Virus record (IMG/VR): IMGVR_UViG_3300028393_000031
From: an uncultured virus (IMG/VR IMGVR_UViG_3300028393_000031)
Taxonomy: Duplodnaviria; Heunggongvirae; Uroviricota; Caudoviricetes
Reading direction: 5' to 3' (one strand)
Length of the DNA stretch: 64,000 bases
The notes beneath the pieces are model-generated. The model made no database searches and was not told where the DNA came from. It saw nothing but the letters and a program-made list of their open reading frames with translations. Shown piece after piece: positions 10,404-20,148 of this stretch (position 1 is the stretch's first letter; the number at the start of each line of letters is the position of its first letter). A program made the translations under genes and the position numbers.

Positions 10404-10430
10404 AAGCCTACTTTTATAGTAGGCTTTTTT
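10404..10430 (+). terminator. Rho-independent terminator
   Basis: AAGCCTACT-TTTAT-AGTAGGCTT followed by a T run. Confidence 0.85.
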
Positions 10431-10450
10431 ACGGCTATTAAATACTGTAT

Positions 10451-11104
10451 ATGAAAATTAGACCAGCAGACACTAGAGGATTTATTCCATTAAATCGTTT
10501 AGGGGAAGACAACTATCAAAGTTATCGTAGTTTTAGTTGTATGAATTATCGCGATCCTAAGTATACAAACTGGGGTCCGGTGACAACAATCAATGATGAT
10601 AGAACTAAACCGGGATTTATTACCAGCTGGCATGAACATTGCGGACTAGACATAATCAATTATGTCATTGCTGGACAATGTAGACATCGGGATAACATTG
10701 GCAATGATAATATAGCTCGTGCCGGGCAAGTGCAACATTTTTGGTGCGGTGATAGTATATGGCACGAATTGTCTAATGAAGGCTCAGAGTCTAATAGATA
10801 TTTGCAAATATGGATTTATCCTAATACAATAGATTGGGATCAAACTCCTAAATACAATTTTTTTGATCGCCCTGTAGGCTTTGCTCTGCTGCCTATAGTG
10901 TTTAAAAATACTAGATTTAGTTGTTGGGCAGGAATACTAGATCAAAATCTAAAAACGAATGACTTTAGTTACTTACTGGTACTAGAAGGAAGCTGCACTA
11001 TTAACGATATCGTATTAAACGAAGGTGATGCAATAGAAATAGATCAAATTAGTTTTGTAGTGCCAATTGGAACACCTCATTTAATATTATTTGAATTAAA
11101 TTGA
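10451..11104 (+). CDS. Pirin-family bicupin (YhhW-like)
   Basis: 'SYRSFS..YRDP..INDD..WHEH.GLDIINYV..G..HRDNIGN..AGQVQ..G..IWH..N..LQIWIYP' parallels the pirin consensus. Confidence 0.85.
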   Translation: MKIRPADTRGFIPLNRLGEDNYQSYRSFSCMNYRDPKYTNWGPVTTINDDRTKPGFITSWHEHCGLDIINYVIAGQCRHRDNIGNDNIARAGQVQHFWCGDSIWHELSNEGSESNRYLQIWIYPNTIDWDQTPKYNFFDRPVGFALLPIVFKNTRFSCWAGILDQNLKTNDFSYLLVLEGSCTINDIVLNEGDAIEIDQISFVVPIGTPHLILFELN

Positions 11105-11190
11105 TAAATAGACAGTACGACTTGCATAGGGCAAGTTTTATGCGGAAATCCAACCGCGTATGGCATAGAACGCCATAAATTCTTAAGGAG
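11103..11190 (+). promoter_or_regulatory. Late promoter plus structured 5' leader (three hairpins)
   Basis: GATAAATA 11103-11110; stems 11120-11136, 11139-11160 and 11159-11177; SD AAGGAG at 11185. Confidence 0.7.
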
Positions 11191-11198
11191 AAAATAAA

Positions 11199-12209
11199 AT
11201 GGGACGTCCTTTAAATAAAAAATATTTTGGTAATCGTAACATCGGCGCTAATGGTGCCGAAAGTACAAACGCACATAATTCTGCAAATCAAGGCGATGAC
11301 GGTCTTGGTGGTAATCGGATTGCTAGTGTAACATTAACTGCCCTGGGTGCGTATACGGTACGACCATCAACTACATTCAGTGATCCGGACAAGTTAGCAC
11401 TAGGTGCTGTACGTGCAACTGGTAGCGTTACATCTGAAGTTGAAAGTGCAACTGACATTGGCGGTACAATGGCTGGATACGTAGCCGGTGATATTCTAAC
11501 AGTTACTACTTCCGCCGGCACAGCAACTTTTACAGTTGATACAATTGGTGGAACCGGCGGCGACGATGTTACTGCTGTAACACCATTGAGCCGTGGCACA
11601 TTCTTGTATGCATCGGGTGCTTTAGCAACTGGGGCACAAGCAACTACAGTAACACACGCCGACGGCTCAGCAAGTACAGCCACTGGCGCAACATTAACAT
11701 TGCGTTATCGTGCCAAATCAGTGTTGATGATTAACAACGGTTCTGGATATACCGATCCAACCGATGCGGCTGTATCATTTAGCCAATCGGTTACTGGTGA
11801 TGCAGTAATGGGATCATCGGCTGTAGTTGGTCAAAACGAGAATGCAATTACTATGACAGCATACTTAACTGGTGGTTCGGCAACCGCAGTTGATGTAATT
11901 AGACAAGTTTCTGGTCGTCGTTATAAAGTAACAGATGGTACAAGAACTGGTATTGTCAAGTTGAAAGATTCAGCTGTAAATGCAGCCGGCGAAGCTTCTA
12001 TCACAGCAACCGACACTGCTGGCAATCAATATTACATTACAAAGTTATCAAATCATCGAGCACGAGTAACTCGTGGTACTGGTGCTAGTCATCAATTTGC
12101 AAGTGATAGTTCAGTAGCATGGACTGCAAATGGTACTAGCGGTACTAAAGTATATGACAATCAACCGTACTTTGCAGCCGATGTTAACATCAAAATATCA
12201 AACGCTTAA
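11199..12209 (+). CDS. Putative virion structural protein
   Basis: T/A/G-rich beta-type protein (MGRPLNKKYFG...), with strong SD and its own promoter and terminator. Confidence 0.75.
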   Translation: MGRPLNKKYFGNRNIGANGAESTNAHNSANQGDDGLGGNRIASVTLTALGAYTVRPSTTFSDPDKLALGAVRATGSVTSEVESATDIGGTMAGYVAGDILTVTTSAGTATFTVDTIGGTGGDDVTAVTPLSRGTFLYASGALATGAQATTVTHADGSASTATGATLTLRYRAKSVLMINNGSGYTDPTDAAVSFSQSVTGDAVMGSSAVVGQNENAITMTAYLTGGSATAVDVIRQVSGRRYKVTDGTRTGIVKLKDSAVNAAGEASITATDTAGNQYYITKLSNHRARVTRGTGASHQFASDSSVAWTANGTSGTKVYDNQPYFAADVNIKISNA

Positions 12210-12223
12210 ACTCGTTTTTAAAT

Positions 12224-12253
12224 AAAAATAGCTGCTGTGGCAGCTATTTTTTT
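12224..12253 (+). terminator. Rho-independent terminator
   Basis: AAAAATAGCTGC-TGTG-GCAGCTATTTTT followed by TT. Confidence 0.85.
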
Positions 12254-12294
12254 AACTTATCTTAGATGATAAATATCTAAAATAGGAATAATTC

Positions 12295-12927
12295 ATGGCT
12301 ACGGTTGATCGTACATCTGGCGATTGGTATTTAACCGCTTTAGGCGGTAATATCTACATTGACGCTTTAGGCGGCCGCGGCTCAGTGAGTATTTTTGGCA
12401 ATTTACTAGTAGTTGGTAATCAAACTAATATTGGATCTGTTGAAACATTAATTTCTGATAACTTTATTACATTGGCTGCTAATGTAACATCAGGAACACC
12501 TGTATTAAATGCTGGTATAGAAGTCAGTCGCGGCGATAGTCCAAAAGCAGCAATACAATGGACTGAGCAATTAAATAAATGGCAAATGACATATGATAGT
12601 GTTTTATATAGAGACATTATGTCAAGAGTGGCAGACGACCCAACACCAACATTGGGCGGGCATTTAAATTTAGCCGGATACGAAATTAGATCTTCACCGG
12701 GAGAGAACATAGTATTAGTACCGGGAAATGCACCAACTGGGTCAAATGCCGGCGTACAAATTAGTCATTCGGTTACAAATGTATTACCAGCAGTGAATGA
12801 TGCTACAGTGGTATATAGTAAAGCACCTGGTGCGGGCGCCGCAGGTTTATATGTATCAAATTCGTCAGTTTTAAACGCAGAATTGATCACAAAAAGAAAA
12901 GCACTAATATTTTCATTAGTGTTATAG
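12295..12927 (+). CDS. Tail-fibre/baseplate-associated structural protein
   Basis: Fibre-type motif 'GNLLVVG..ISDNFITL..AGIEVSRG'; promoter at 12268. Confidence 0.7.
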   Translation: MATVDRTSGDWYLTALGGNIYIDALGGRGSVSIFGNLLVVGNQTNIGSVETLISDNFITLAANVTSGTPVLNAGIEVSRGDSPKAAIQWTEQLNKWQMTYDSVLYRDIMSRVADDPTPTLGGHLNLAGYEIRSSPGENIVLVPGNAPTGSNAGVQISHSVTNVLPAVNDATVVYSKAPGAGAAGLYVSNSSVLNAELITKRKALIFSLVL

Positions 12928-12935
12928 GATATTTT

Positions 12936-14258
12936 ATGGCATTAACAAGTACAATTATAACACCAACTATAGCTAATATTTACGTTAGTAACGGCAGTAA
13001 TGCAGTTACTACTATGTATTTCTGCAACACCGGCACCATACCAATTTTATTTAATGTGTATGCTGTACCAAAAAATTATGAGCCTGGAATTCAAACGTTA
13101 ATTTATTATAATGTACCATTAACTTCGCATGATACTTATGTTGTTGAATCTGAAAAATTAATACTCGACGATGGGGATACTATACGTGCCAGCATTGTTG
13201 ATCCTACATCAATTGCAAGTATAGGATTAGCTCAAACTTTATGGGGCGCAATTGATAAAATTAGTGCAGCTATTTGGGCATCTGATAGAAACGAATATTT
13301 AATAGTAGGTAAAAGTGGTAAAGTTGCCACTAGTCCCACTGGCGAAAGCTGGACATATCAGCCGGGGCTAATTAATATTACCTGGCCTAGTACAGTAGAT
13401 GCCACTAGTGTAGTCAGAATGATAGGAAAAAAATATATAGTAGTAGGGCAGCAAGGATGGATGGGAATCAGTACAGACGGGCTAGTGTGGACTAATGCCA
13501 CTGGTATTTCTAGTTTACAAGACTGGGGATCAAATGATATAAATGCAGTTGCAACAAATAATTCAATTTCTATAGCAGTAGGAAATAGTGCTCGTATTGC
13601 TACCACTATCGACGGGCAAACTTGGACTTATCAACCAAGCCTATCGGGTACAACTTGGCAACAAACTGATGTAACAGCCATTACTTGGGATGGAACAAAT
13701 TTTATAATAGGTGGCGAAGGCGGCATCATGGCAAAAACAACCGATGGTGCTACTTGGACTATTATAGACGATTTAAAAAATAATGTTGCATGGGGACAAT
13801 CTACTAGAGTAACAACAATAGTATATTCGGGGTCATTGGCAACCGGATACTTAGCATTATCATTGGATAATAATAAAGCAGCAACTAGTTATGATGGCAT
13901 AATTTGGGCTTATAATCCTGGACTAGCACAGGCTGGCAGTTTATCAGTGTTAGGATCTGGCGGTGCAACTTTTAAAGTTGGATACGGTTTTTATGTTATA
14001 GGTAGCAGCTCAGATATATTTACATACGATGGTACTCAATGGACTGTATCGCATAGTTTAAATAATCTACCTTGGAATTCTGTTGCAGGATCGAGTATAC
14101 TATGGAACAATGCAAGATCAGAATTTTTAGCAGTTGGATATGGTGCAAGAGTTGCAGCTAGTAGCAACGGCGATGACTGGACTTACTACACTGATAGTGC
14201 AGCCGCTGGGATAAATTTACCTGACATTGTAGCAACTGTTTCTACTATTGGCATATAA
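12936..14258 (+). CDS. Small beta-sandwich virion protein with inserted Asp-box/BNR-like beta-propeller
   Basis: Repeated S/T-x-D-G-x-x-W motifs at ~13200-14200. The flanks 'KLILDDGDTIRA...IVATVSTIGI' resemble the ORFs at 36150 and 41253. Confidence 0.7.
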   Translation: MALTSTIITPTIANIYVSNGSNAVTTMYFCNTGTIPILFNVYAVPKNYEPGIQTLIYYNVPLTSHDTYVVESEKLILDDGDTIRASIVDPTSIASIGLAQTLWGAIDKISAAIWASDRNEYLIVGKSGKVATSPTGESWTYQPGLINITWPSTVDATSVVRMIGKKYIVVGQQGWMGISTDGLVWTNATGISSLQDWGSNDINAVATNNSISIAVGNSARIATTIDGQTWTYQPSLSGTTWQQTDVTAITWDGTNFIIGGEGGIMAKTTDGATWTIIDDLKNNVAWGQSTRVTTIVYSGSLATGYLALSLDNNKAATSYDGIIWAYNPGLAQAGSLSVLGSGGATFKVGYGFYVIGSSSDIFTYDGTQWTVSHSLNNLPWNSVAGSSILWNNARSEFLAVGYGARVAASSNGDDWTYYTDSAAAGINLPDIVATVSTIGI

Positions 14259-14260
14259 AA

Positions 14261-14689
14261 ATGGGACGATATCTTAAAAATACTGAATTAAAATCTGGCA
14301 GCTATAGCATCAGATTGCCAATGGGCTATAGTTCAGTAGGACCAAATGCTCCAGTCAATGGATTAATCAGATTTAATAAAAATACAATTGCTCCTGAAAT
14401 TTTTGTAAAAACAGCAAGCGAAGTAACCGGGTCATGGAAAACTATAGTTACTAGAATAGGTGCCGCAATTGTAGGGAAAGATACATTTTTAGGAACTGGT
14501 GCTCAGGTAATTTTTGGACCAATGAAAAGTAGTTATAGAAAAGGTGATGAAATTTTTCTTTTAGTTTATATTGGCAATGTTTTTCAAAATCCAGGAGTAG
14601 CATTTACAGTCGACGGCAGTCAAATAACTTTTACTAGTGTGCCACCTTTGGGTCAGAATATTATAATTTTACACGGATACGCAACATAA
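14261..14689 (+). CDS. Putative structural protein
   Basis: Motif 'LVYIGNVFQNP...FTVDGSQITFTSVPP', also seen in the 47515 fibre protein. Confidence 0.7.
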   Translation: MGRYLKNTELKSGSYSIRLPMGYSSVGPNAPVNGLIRFNKNTIAPEIFVKTASEVTGSWKTIVTRIGAAIVGKDTFLGTGAQVIFGPMKSSYRKGDEIFLLVYIGNVFQNPGVAFTVDGSQITFTSVPPLGQNIIILHGYAT

Positions 14690-15525
14690 TGGCAATAGGA
14701 CGCATTTCGGGCCCAATGCTTGTTCCAAATTTGGAACGTCAAGGAATTGATTTAGCAGTTGATGGAGACCTTATATATTTTGATGTTGGTCGCAGACGAG
14801 TTGGTATTAATACTTTTACTCCTACAACAGAACTTGATGTAGTTGGAAATGCTAAAATAAGTGCCAATTTAACTGTTGGTACTGGCCCAGAAGATACTAT
14901 ATCGGTTGGTACAAAATATTCTTTACCAACTACTATTCCAGGCTACGGACAAGTAATTACATCAATGGGTGGCGGGGACCCTGCTACTTATTGGGCTCCC
15001 GGGCTTCCAGATTCTGCAATCAGAAGACACAAGTACGAAACAATAATTAATAACTTACTAGGATTTGGGACATCAGAATTTAAATTAAATTTAGGTGTTA
15101 GTGCTATTGTATACTCGGTGGGCGTTAGTAGACCTGTTAAAGTTGAAGTTTTTGGAACAGCAGCAAAAGATGAGGATAACCCATATACATTTATTGCTAC
15201 CCCCGATCATCTAGTAGATGATGGTACAGTAATTTTAAATGATGGTAGTAGTTTTCAAAGTAGACAGTATAGTATATTTTCAAATATGGAGACTCCGCCA
15301 GATTCTAATGTATATGTAACACTTACTAGTTTGTCACCGTATTTGGCAGCAACTCCTATAACATTTAGTGTATATTATTTCCCAGCAGTTACCGACAGTA
15401 GGCCCGGAACAGAAATTCTTCAAAGTTTACCAACTACAGGTAATTATAATGGAAGAACTGTATTTGTTGTACCAACAACCAAGTTACATGTATTTGTTAA
15501 TAATGCGTGGGTATCGGCCGTATAA
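14689..15525 (+). CDS. Putative fibre/structural protein
   Basis: Fibre motif 'RVGINTFTPTTELDVVGN'; translational coupling (TAATG) to the upstream gene. Confidence 0.7.
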   Translation: MAIGRISGPMLVPNLERQGIDLAVDGDLIYFDVGRRRVGINTFTPTTELDVVGNAKISANLTVGTGPEDTISVGTKYSLPTTIPGYGQVITSMGGGDPATYWAPGLPDSAIRRHKYETIINNLLGFGTSEFKLNLGVSAIVYSVGVSRPVKVEVFGTAAKDEDNPYTFIATPDHLVDDGTVILNDGSSFQSRQYSIFSNMETPPDSNVYVTLTSLSPYLAATPITFSVYYFPAVTDSRPGTEILQSLPTTGNYNGRTVFVVPTTKLHVFVNNAWVSAV

Positions 15526-15611
15526 TGAATAATAACTGTGTTAACTTTGATAAATAACTTTATAATTCTAAAATCCCAATTGGATAAATATTGGGCAAGG
15601 AGCAAAAAATA

Positions 15612-18353
15612 ATGATACCACCAAGAATAGTCTACGAAACATCTTACGCCGATCAGAACTTTTATTCTGTCGAAAAAGCCGGATTTACCAATATGAGCGA
15701 TTTAATGGTTGACGTTGTTGGAAATTTAACAAACAACGGATTTACAACTGCTAACGTAGTTATAGTTGATACAACTGGTAACGAAATTGGTGATGCAGGC
15801 AACAATCCAGCGGAAAGAATATTACAAATAAATACCGGTGGTTTGGGATACAAGCAAAACGACATCCTTGAACTAGTACCACCTGATGAAATTATTGCAG
15901 ATCAAAACTTACTGGTTGGCCATACATACAAAATTTTAGCAGTTAGTACAACAGGCGGCCCAACTGATTTTATGGCTTTTGGATCTCCGGACAATATGGT
16001 TGATACTATTTTTACGGTGTCTTTCCCTGGAGCAGTATATAATGATCGAGTTGGATCTGGTACAGGAACAGTAAAACCACTAGACCTAAAACCTCCACAA
16101 TTTAATGTTGATGCAATTAACTCAGTTGGTGCAGTAACTGCCATATCTATTAAATCAGGAAAAGTAAACGATTGGTACAGAATAAATACTTCCGCCGGCG
16201 TATATCTTAGATATCCCAACAAAGATTTACAGAACACAGCTAGTGAAAAAGCGTACACATATACGTCAGCTGGGACATACCTTGGTCTAGCTGCAGGCGC
16301 AGGAAAACCCTCTGCATTTACAGCAGATGATACTCCGTTTGACATCGCCAGCGTTAGTTGGGCAGACGCCTCAAACGGCCCGCCTGTCATTAGCGCGTGG
16401 GGTTCGGGATCAAATCCGCGCCCTAGAGAAGCGTGGAGAGCAGCCAACGGATACGAGGCATCAGGTAAAAATCTATGGCCTAGAGGCGTAGAAATGGATC
16501 CCAGTAAAACTGCTGACTATGGTACAAAATACGAGGCGGCCTCAGCCGGCATATGGATTGCAACTGATTATGCTACTTTACGTAAAACTTTACTGGTAGG
16601 GCAAGAAATTCTATTAGATCCCGACACACCGGCAAATCATAATAATCGAAGTAGTATACCACCGGGTACAACAGTAACTGGCGTATTCCCCCTTGATGTT
16701 GTTGGCGGCCCACGACCAAGGCCCGATCTGACCACAACTGGGCAATCGCCGGTGACTTATAATTCTGAAAAAACAGTTACATATACATATATTACTGTTG
16801 CTCTTGCACCCAATGAGACCGGCGAGGTAAAAATAAACTTAGGTGATGCACTTTGGTTTAGAGGACAAGGACTAACTGTTGATGATGTAACAAAAAACCC
16901 AGCTGGTTTTACTGCTATCCTTGAAGCAGGCGGGCAAGTCGATCCTCTGAATGACGGTGTTGGTGTTTTTGGCGAGGTAGTAACAACAACAACCAATTCA
17001 TACTATGTAAAGTTACAAAATCTGACCGATTCTTATGCAGCAGCAACAGTAAAACGTCCTAAGATATATATTGGGCAAACGTTACAAATGCCAGCTGGCA
17101 CAATTGGTAGTATTGACCCAGCTGCCGTTCTTATGGTCAGTGATATAGTTGAAGAAGGATACAATCTGTTTGGCGCAGGCACCAATTGGTGCGCTAATAT
17201 TAAATTAGATGAACAATATTCATTAGCCGGCCAAGAAACTTTAAATTGTGTTTTTTCCGAATTACAACCATATCGAATTGCATTTGAGGTATTAAGAAAT
17301 ACCACCGGATCAACAGTACAGCAGGCCAAAGCAGGTTCACAAGCAATGAATTGTTATACAGCTACACCATTGCAGTTAACTAATTTGGGTGCAATTGCAA
17401 ATGTTACAAATAGTGCAGGCGTCATTAAAGATAGAGCTGGAATGATGGGAGAGCTGCCAACAGGCACACTAGCAACACTCGCATCTGGAGCTCAAGGATA
17501 TGCTGCACATGGTGCAGCACCAATAGTAAAGCCAGATCCGTTAAAACCAACCGAAGGATTTGTAAATAGAGAACTTAGAGTAGCTGGCAGTCCCGAAGCA
17601 TACCCGTTAAATTATACATTAACTATAACCAATCGTGGAATATTCTTTGGAGTTTGGGAAGGCAATTGGAGTAACATGCAAAAACCGGCAGCAATTAGTA
17701 TCACCGACAAAGATAGTTTCTTTAATTGGTTCTTAATACAGCGTCCTGTTGATAGAGAAAATGGTAGAACATTATGCAAAGGCCGTGCGCCTGTATTTTG
17801 TGTTAATAGTGTTGGATATAAGTATTGGAAATTTGTAGTCAGAGAAGAAGATATCATGCATCCACAACAGGGAGATCCATGGAATGTCAGAGACTATATA
17901 GATCCTAGGTCTGGCGTGGGTTACATTGGCTCAGCAGGTGTGGGCGCTGCTGCTGCCGTGGCGTCGGCAACACCTACTGCTAGTACAGTTGGAAAAACAA
18001 TTATAACTCAGCAAATTGCTTCTTATTACAGAATACCGGCTGATACACATACACAAGATAGTTATGCAATAATGAATACAACTAATCAAATATCATTGAC
18101 TGAGTATAATACATACCTTATATCATTCTTACATAATTTAACTACTCCTAGATTTAGATACTCAGAAGAACTAGATATGATTGGTCAAGCATCAGCCGAT
18201 GTTTGCATGTCGGGAAATGATGTAGTTTTAACTGCACCGGGTGGTGGTGGCGTGTACGGTGAACCAACAGCTAGAACATATAGGGCTATGCCTTCTAATT
18301 TACCATATAATACAGGTCTTAGGGTTTGTGTTTTAAGAGATATCCCACATTAA
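15612..18353 (+). CDS. Large virion structural protein (paralogue A)
   Basis: SD AAGGAG at 15598 favours ATG 15612. Shares a C-terminal domain with the next gene. Confidence 0.75.
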   Translation: MIPPRIVYETSYADQNFYSVEKAGFTNMSDLMVDVVGNLTNNGFTTANVVIVDTTGNEIGDAGNNPAERILQINTGGLGYKQNDILELVPPDEIIADQNLLVGHTYKILAVSTTGGPTDFMAFGSPDNMVDTIFTVSFPGAVYNDRVGSGTGTVKPLDLKPPQFNVDAINSVGAVTAISIKSGKVNDWYRINTSAGVYLRYPNKDLQNTASEKAYTYTSAGTYLGLAAGAGKPSAFTADDTPFDIASVSWADASNGPPVISAWGSGSNPRPREAWRAANGYEASGKNLWPRGVEMDPSKTADYGTKYEAASAGIWIATDYATLRKTLLVGQEILLDPDTPANHNNRSSIPPGTTVTGVFPLDVVGGPRPRPDLTTTGQSPVTYNSEKTVTYTYITVALAPNETGEVKINLGDALWFRGQGLTVDDVTKNPAGFTAILEAGGQVDPLNDGVGVFGEVVTTTTNSYYVKLQNLTDSYAAATVKRPKIYIGQTLQMPAGTIGSIDPAAVLMVSDIVEEGYNLFGAGTNWCANIKLDEQYSLAGQETLNCVFSELQPYRIAFEVLRNTTGSTVQQAKAGSQAMNCYTATPLQLTNLGAIANVTNSAGVIKDRAGMMGELPTGTLATLASGAQGYAAHGAAPIVKPDPLKPTEGFVNRELRVAGSPEAYPLNYTLTITNRGIFFGVWEGNWSNMQKPAAISITDKDSFFNWFLIQRPVDRENGRTLCKGRAPVFCVNSVGYKYWKFVVREEDIMHPQQGDPWNVRDYIDPRSGVGYIGSAGVGAAAAVASATPTASTVGKTIITQQIASYYRIPADTHTQDSYAIMNTTNQISLTEYNTYLISFLHNLTTPRFRYSEELDMIGQASADVCMSGNDVVLTAPGGGGVYGEPTARTYRAMPSNLPYNTGLRVCVLRDIPH

Positions 18354-18370
18354 TCAGGAGTTAAATAATA

Positions 18371-20092
18371 ATGGCATGTTTTAATATTACAAAATACGGG
18401 TTCACTAGCATTCTGGACCTTGTAAACGATGTGATGAAAGAAATGACTGGGCAAGGCGTGAATACTATTCCGTATTTTAGAATGGCATATCCTCGCATAT
18501 CGATGACAGTTACATCAATTGGTGCAAACGGAACTGGAAATTTATCAGTTGGTGGGTTTACTTATAAAGTTCCAATTGGAACTAAAGTAACTGTTACTGG
18601 AAGCACACCTTCGACGGGTGGTGTTGGCACCTTAGCAGCTGGTAACTATTATGTTTATCAATCATTTCCTGCATCGGGCGCAACTACTATAATAACATTA
18701 GTTACGCAACCGGTGCTAGTAGCCGGCGGTCTTACTCCTGGAATAGTTAAACCAACAACTTCGGCAGGCACCGCAGCGGGACGTACATTTAGTATATCTT
18801 ACACACAAACTGTACCGGCTCCGCATACACCGCCCGGGGGTTCAGGTGGATATGTCGGACCAGACCCTGCAAATCCATTGGCAGATCCGGCACCTGTGGA
18901 TGCCGACGACAATACGCTTAATGTGCCATGGGATCCGGGAACAACTCCAGCCGATGGCGCCGCGGGCTCAAGTTGGGGAGTTTGGATTTTAGAATCAACA
19001 CCAGCAGTTGATCCATTGGCAGATCAACTTCAAGTTGGATCATATAGGTCAGCAGCTGGTAATAGTTCTAATTTTAGAATTTGTTTTAATGCATTGTCTG
19101 ACACAAGAATGGCAATACATTGTGCTACAGAATTACAATTACCAAATACCGGAAATATTGCACAATTAAACGATAGAACCACCCTTGCCGCACTGCCAAA
19201 ACAAACCGAGCCGGCTGGTAATTTAAGTTCTTTTGGAAACGATTGGACAAAGTCAACGCCCACTACTGGTAAAGAAATGCAACAAATATGGCTCAATAGA
19301 GATCCTGACAGGGGATCCGAGGGTGCATATCCAATGAGTTATTGTATTACAATGACTAATAGAGGTTGGTTTTTTGCAGTTTGGGAAGGAAGCCAAGAAG
19401 AAGTTCCGCAGAGCACATTTGATAAAGATAATAACTCAAATCCATATACAGCAGCATCAATTGGTAACAGTCCGTTGCGTTGGGTGCTAGTTCAGCGGCC
19501 AGTTGATCGAATAACTGGACATGTCAGAGGTGGATCGACTATGCGTAATCAAATTACAGGAAATCCCGGTGTTGAATTTGAAACTAGTCGTTGCCCGGTA
19601 TTTGTAGTATGCGGTATGGGCGCTCCACAAAGTTACACAAAATTTATTCTTCGAGAAGTTGATGTATCGGCACCAAGTCTTAAGAAATCTGCCGTTATAC
19701 AAACTGAGGATAATCCAGCATTGTTAAATCCGTATCCACAGCAGTCGTTAACTGAAAATGGCGACTTTGTAGTTACCTTTTTAAATAATCTTAGTACTCC
19801 AAGATTCCGTTATGCTGATGAATTGGATATGCTAGGTACTGTTTCGTCCGAAGTAGTCGGAGCAGGATCAGTAATTGAAGTTGATGTATACAATGAGGTA
19901 CACGGCGGATATGATAATACTGGAGCAAAAATAACCGGTCCAACAAGAGGTAAAAGAGTTTATCAAGCATTGTATGGATCTGAAAGATATGGTACTGGTA
20001 TGAGATTAATGGTATTGACTAAAATGGGTTGGGAATCTGCTCCTGTTTCAGACGATACATATAATGTTACCGCCGAAGACAGTCATATTTAA
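18371..20092 (+). CDS. Virion structural protein (paralogue B)
   Basis: Shares 'YP..Y..T.TNRG.FF.VWEG', 'QRPVDR' and 'NL.TPRFRY..ELDM.G' with the 15612 gene. Confidence 0.75.
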   Translation: MACFNITKYGFTSILDLVNDVMKEMTGQGVNTIPYFRMAYPRISMTVTSIGANGTGNLSVGGFTYKVPIGTKVTVTGSTPSTGGVGTLAAGNYYVYQSFPASGATTIITLVTQPVLVAGGLTPGIVKPTTSAGTAAGRTFSISYTQTVPAPHTPPGGSGGYVGPDPANPLADPAPVDADDNTLNVPWDPGTTPADGAAGSSWGVWILESTPAVDPLADQLQVGSYRSAAGNSSNFRICFNALSDTRMAIHCATELQLPNTGNIAQLNDRTTLAALPKQTEPAGNLSSFGNDWTKSTPTTGKEMQQIWLNRDPDRGSEGAYPMSYCITMTNRGWFFAVWEGSQEEVPQSTFDKDNNSNPYTAASIGNSPLRWVLVQRPVDRITGHVRGGSTMRNQITGNPGVEFETSRCPVFVVCGMGAPQSYTKFILREVDVSAPSLKKSAVIQTEDNPALLNPYPQQSLTENGDFVVTFLNNLSTPRFRYADELDMLGTVSSEVVGAGSVIEVDVYNEVHGGYDNTGAKITGPTRGKRVYQALYGSERYGTGMRLMVLTKMGWESAPVSDDTYNVTAEDSHI

Positions 20093-20148
20093 ATCTCCTT
20101 TATTTTAAAGGAACTAATAATTGACTATGTTAAACTCAATCGGAGGGC

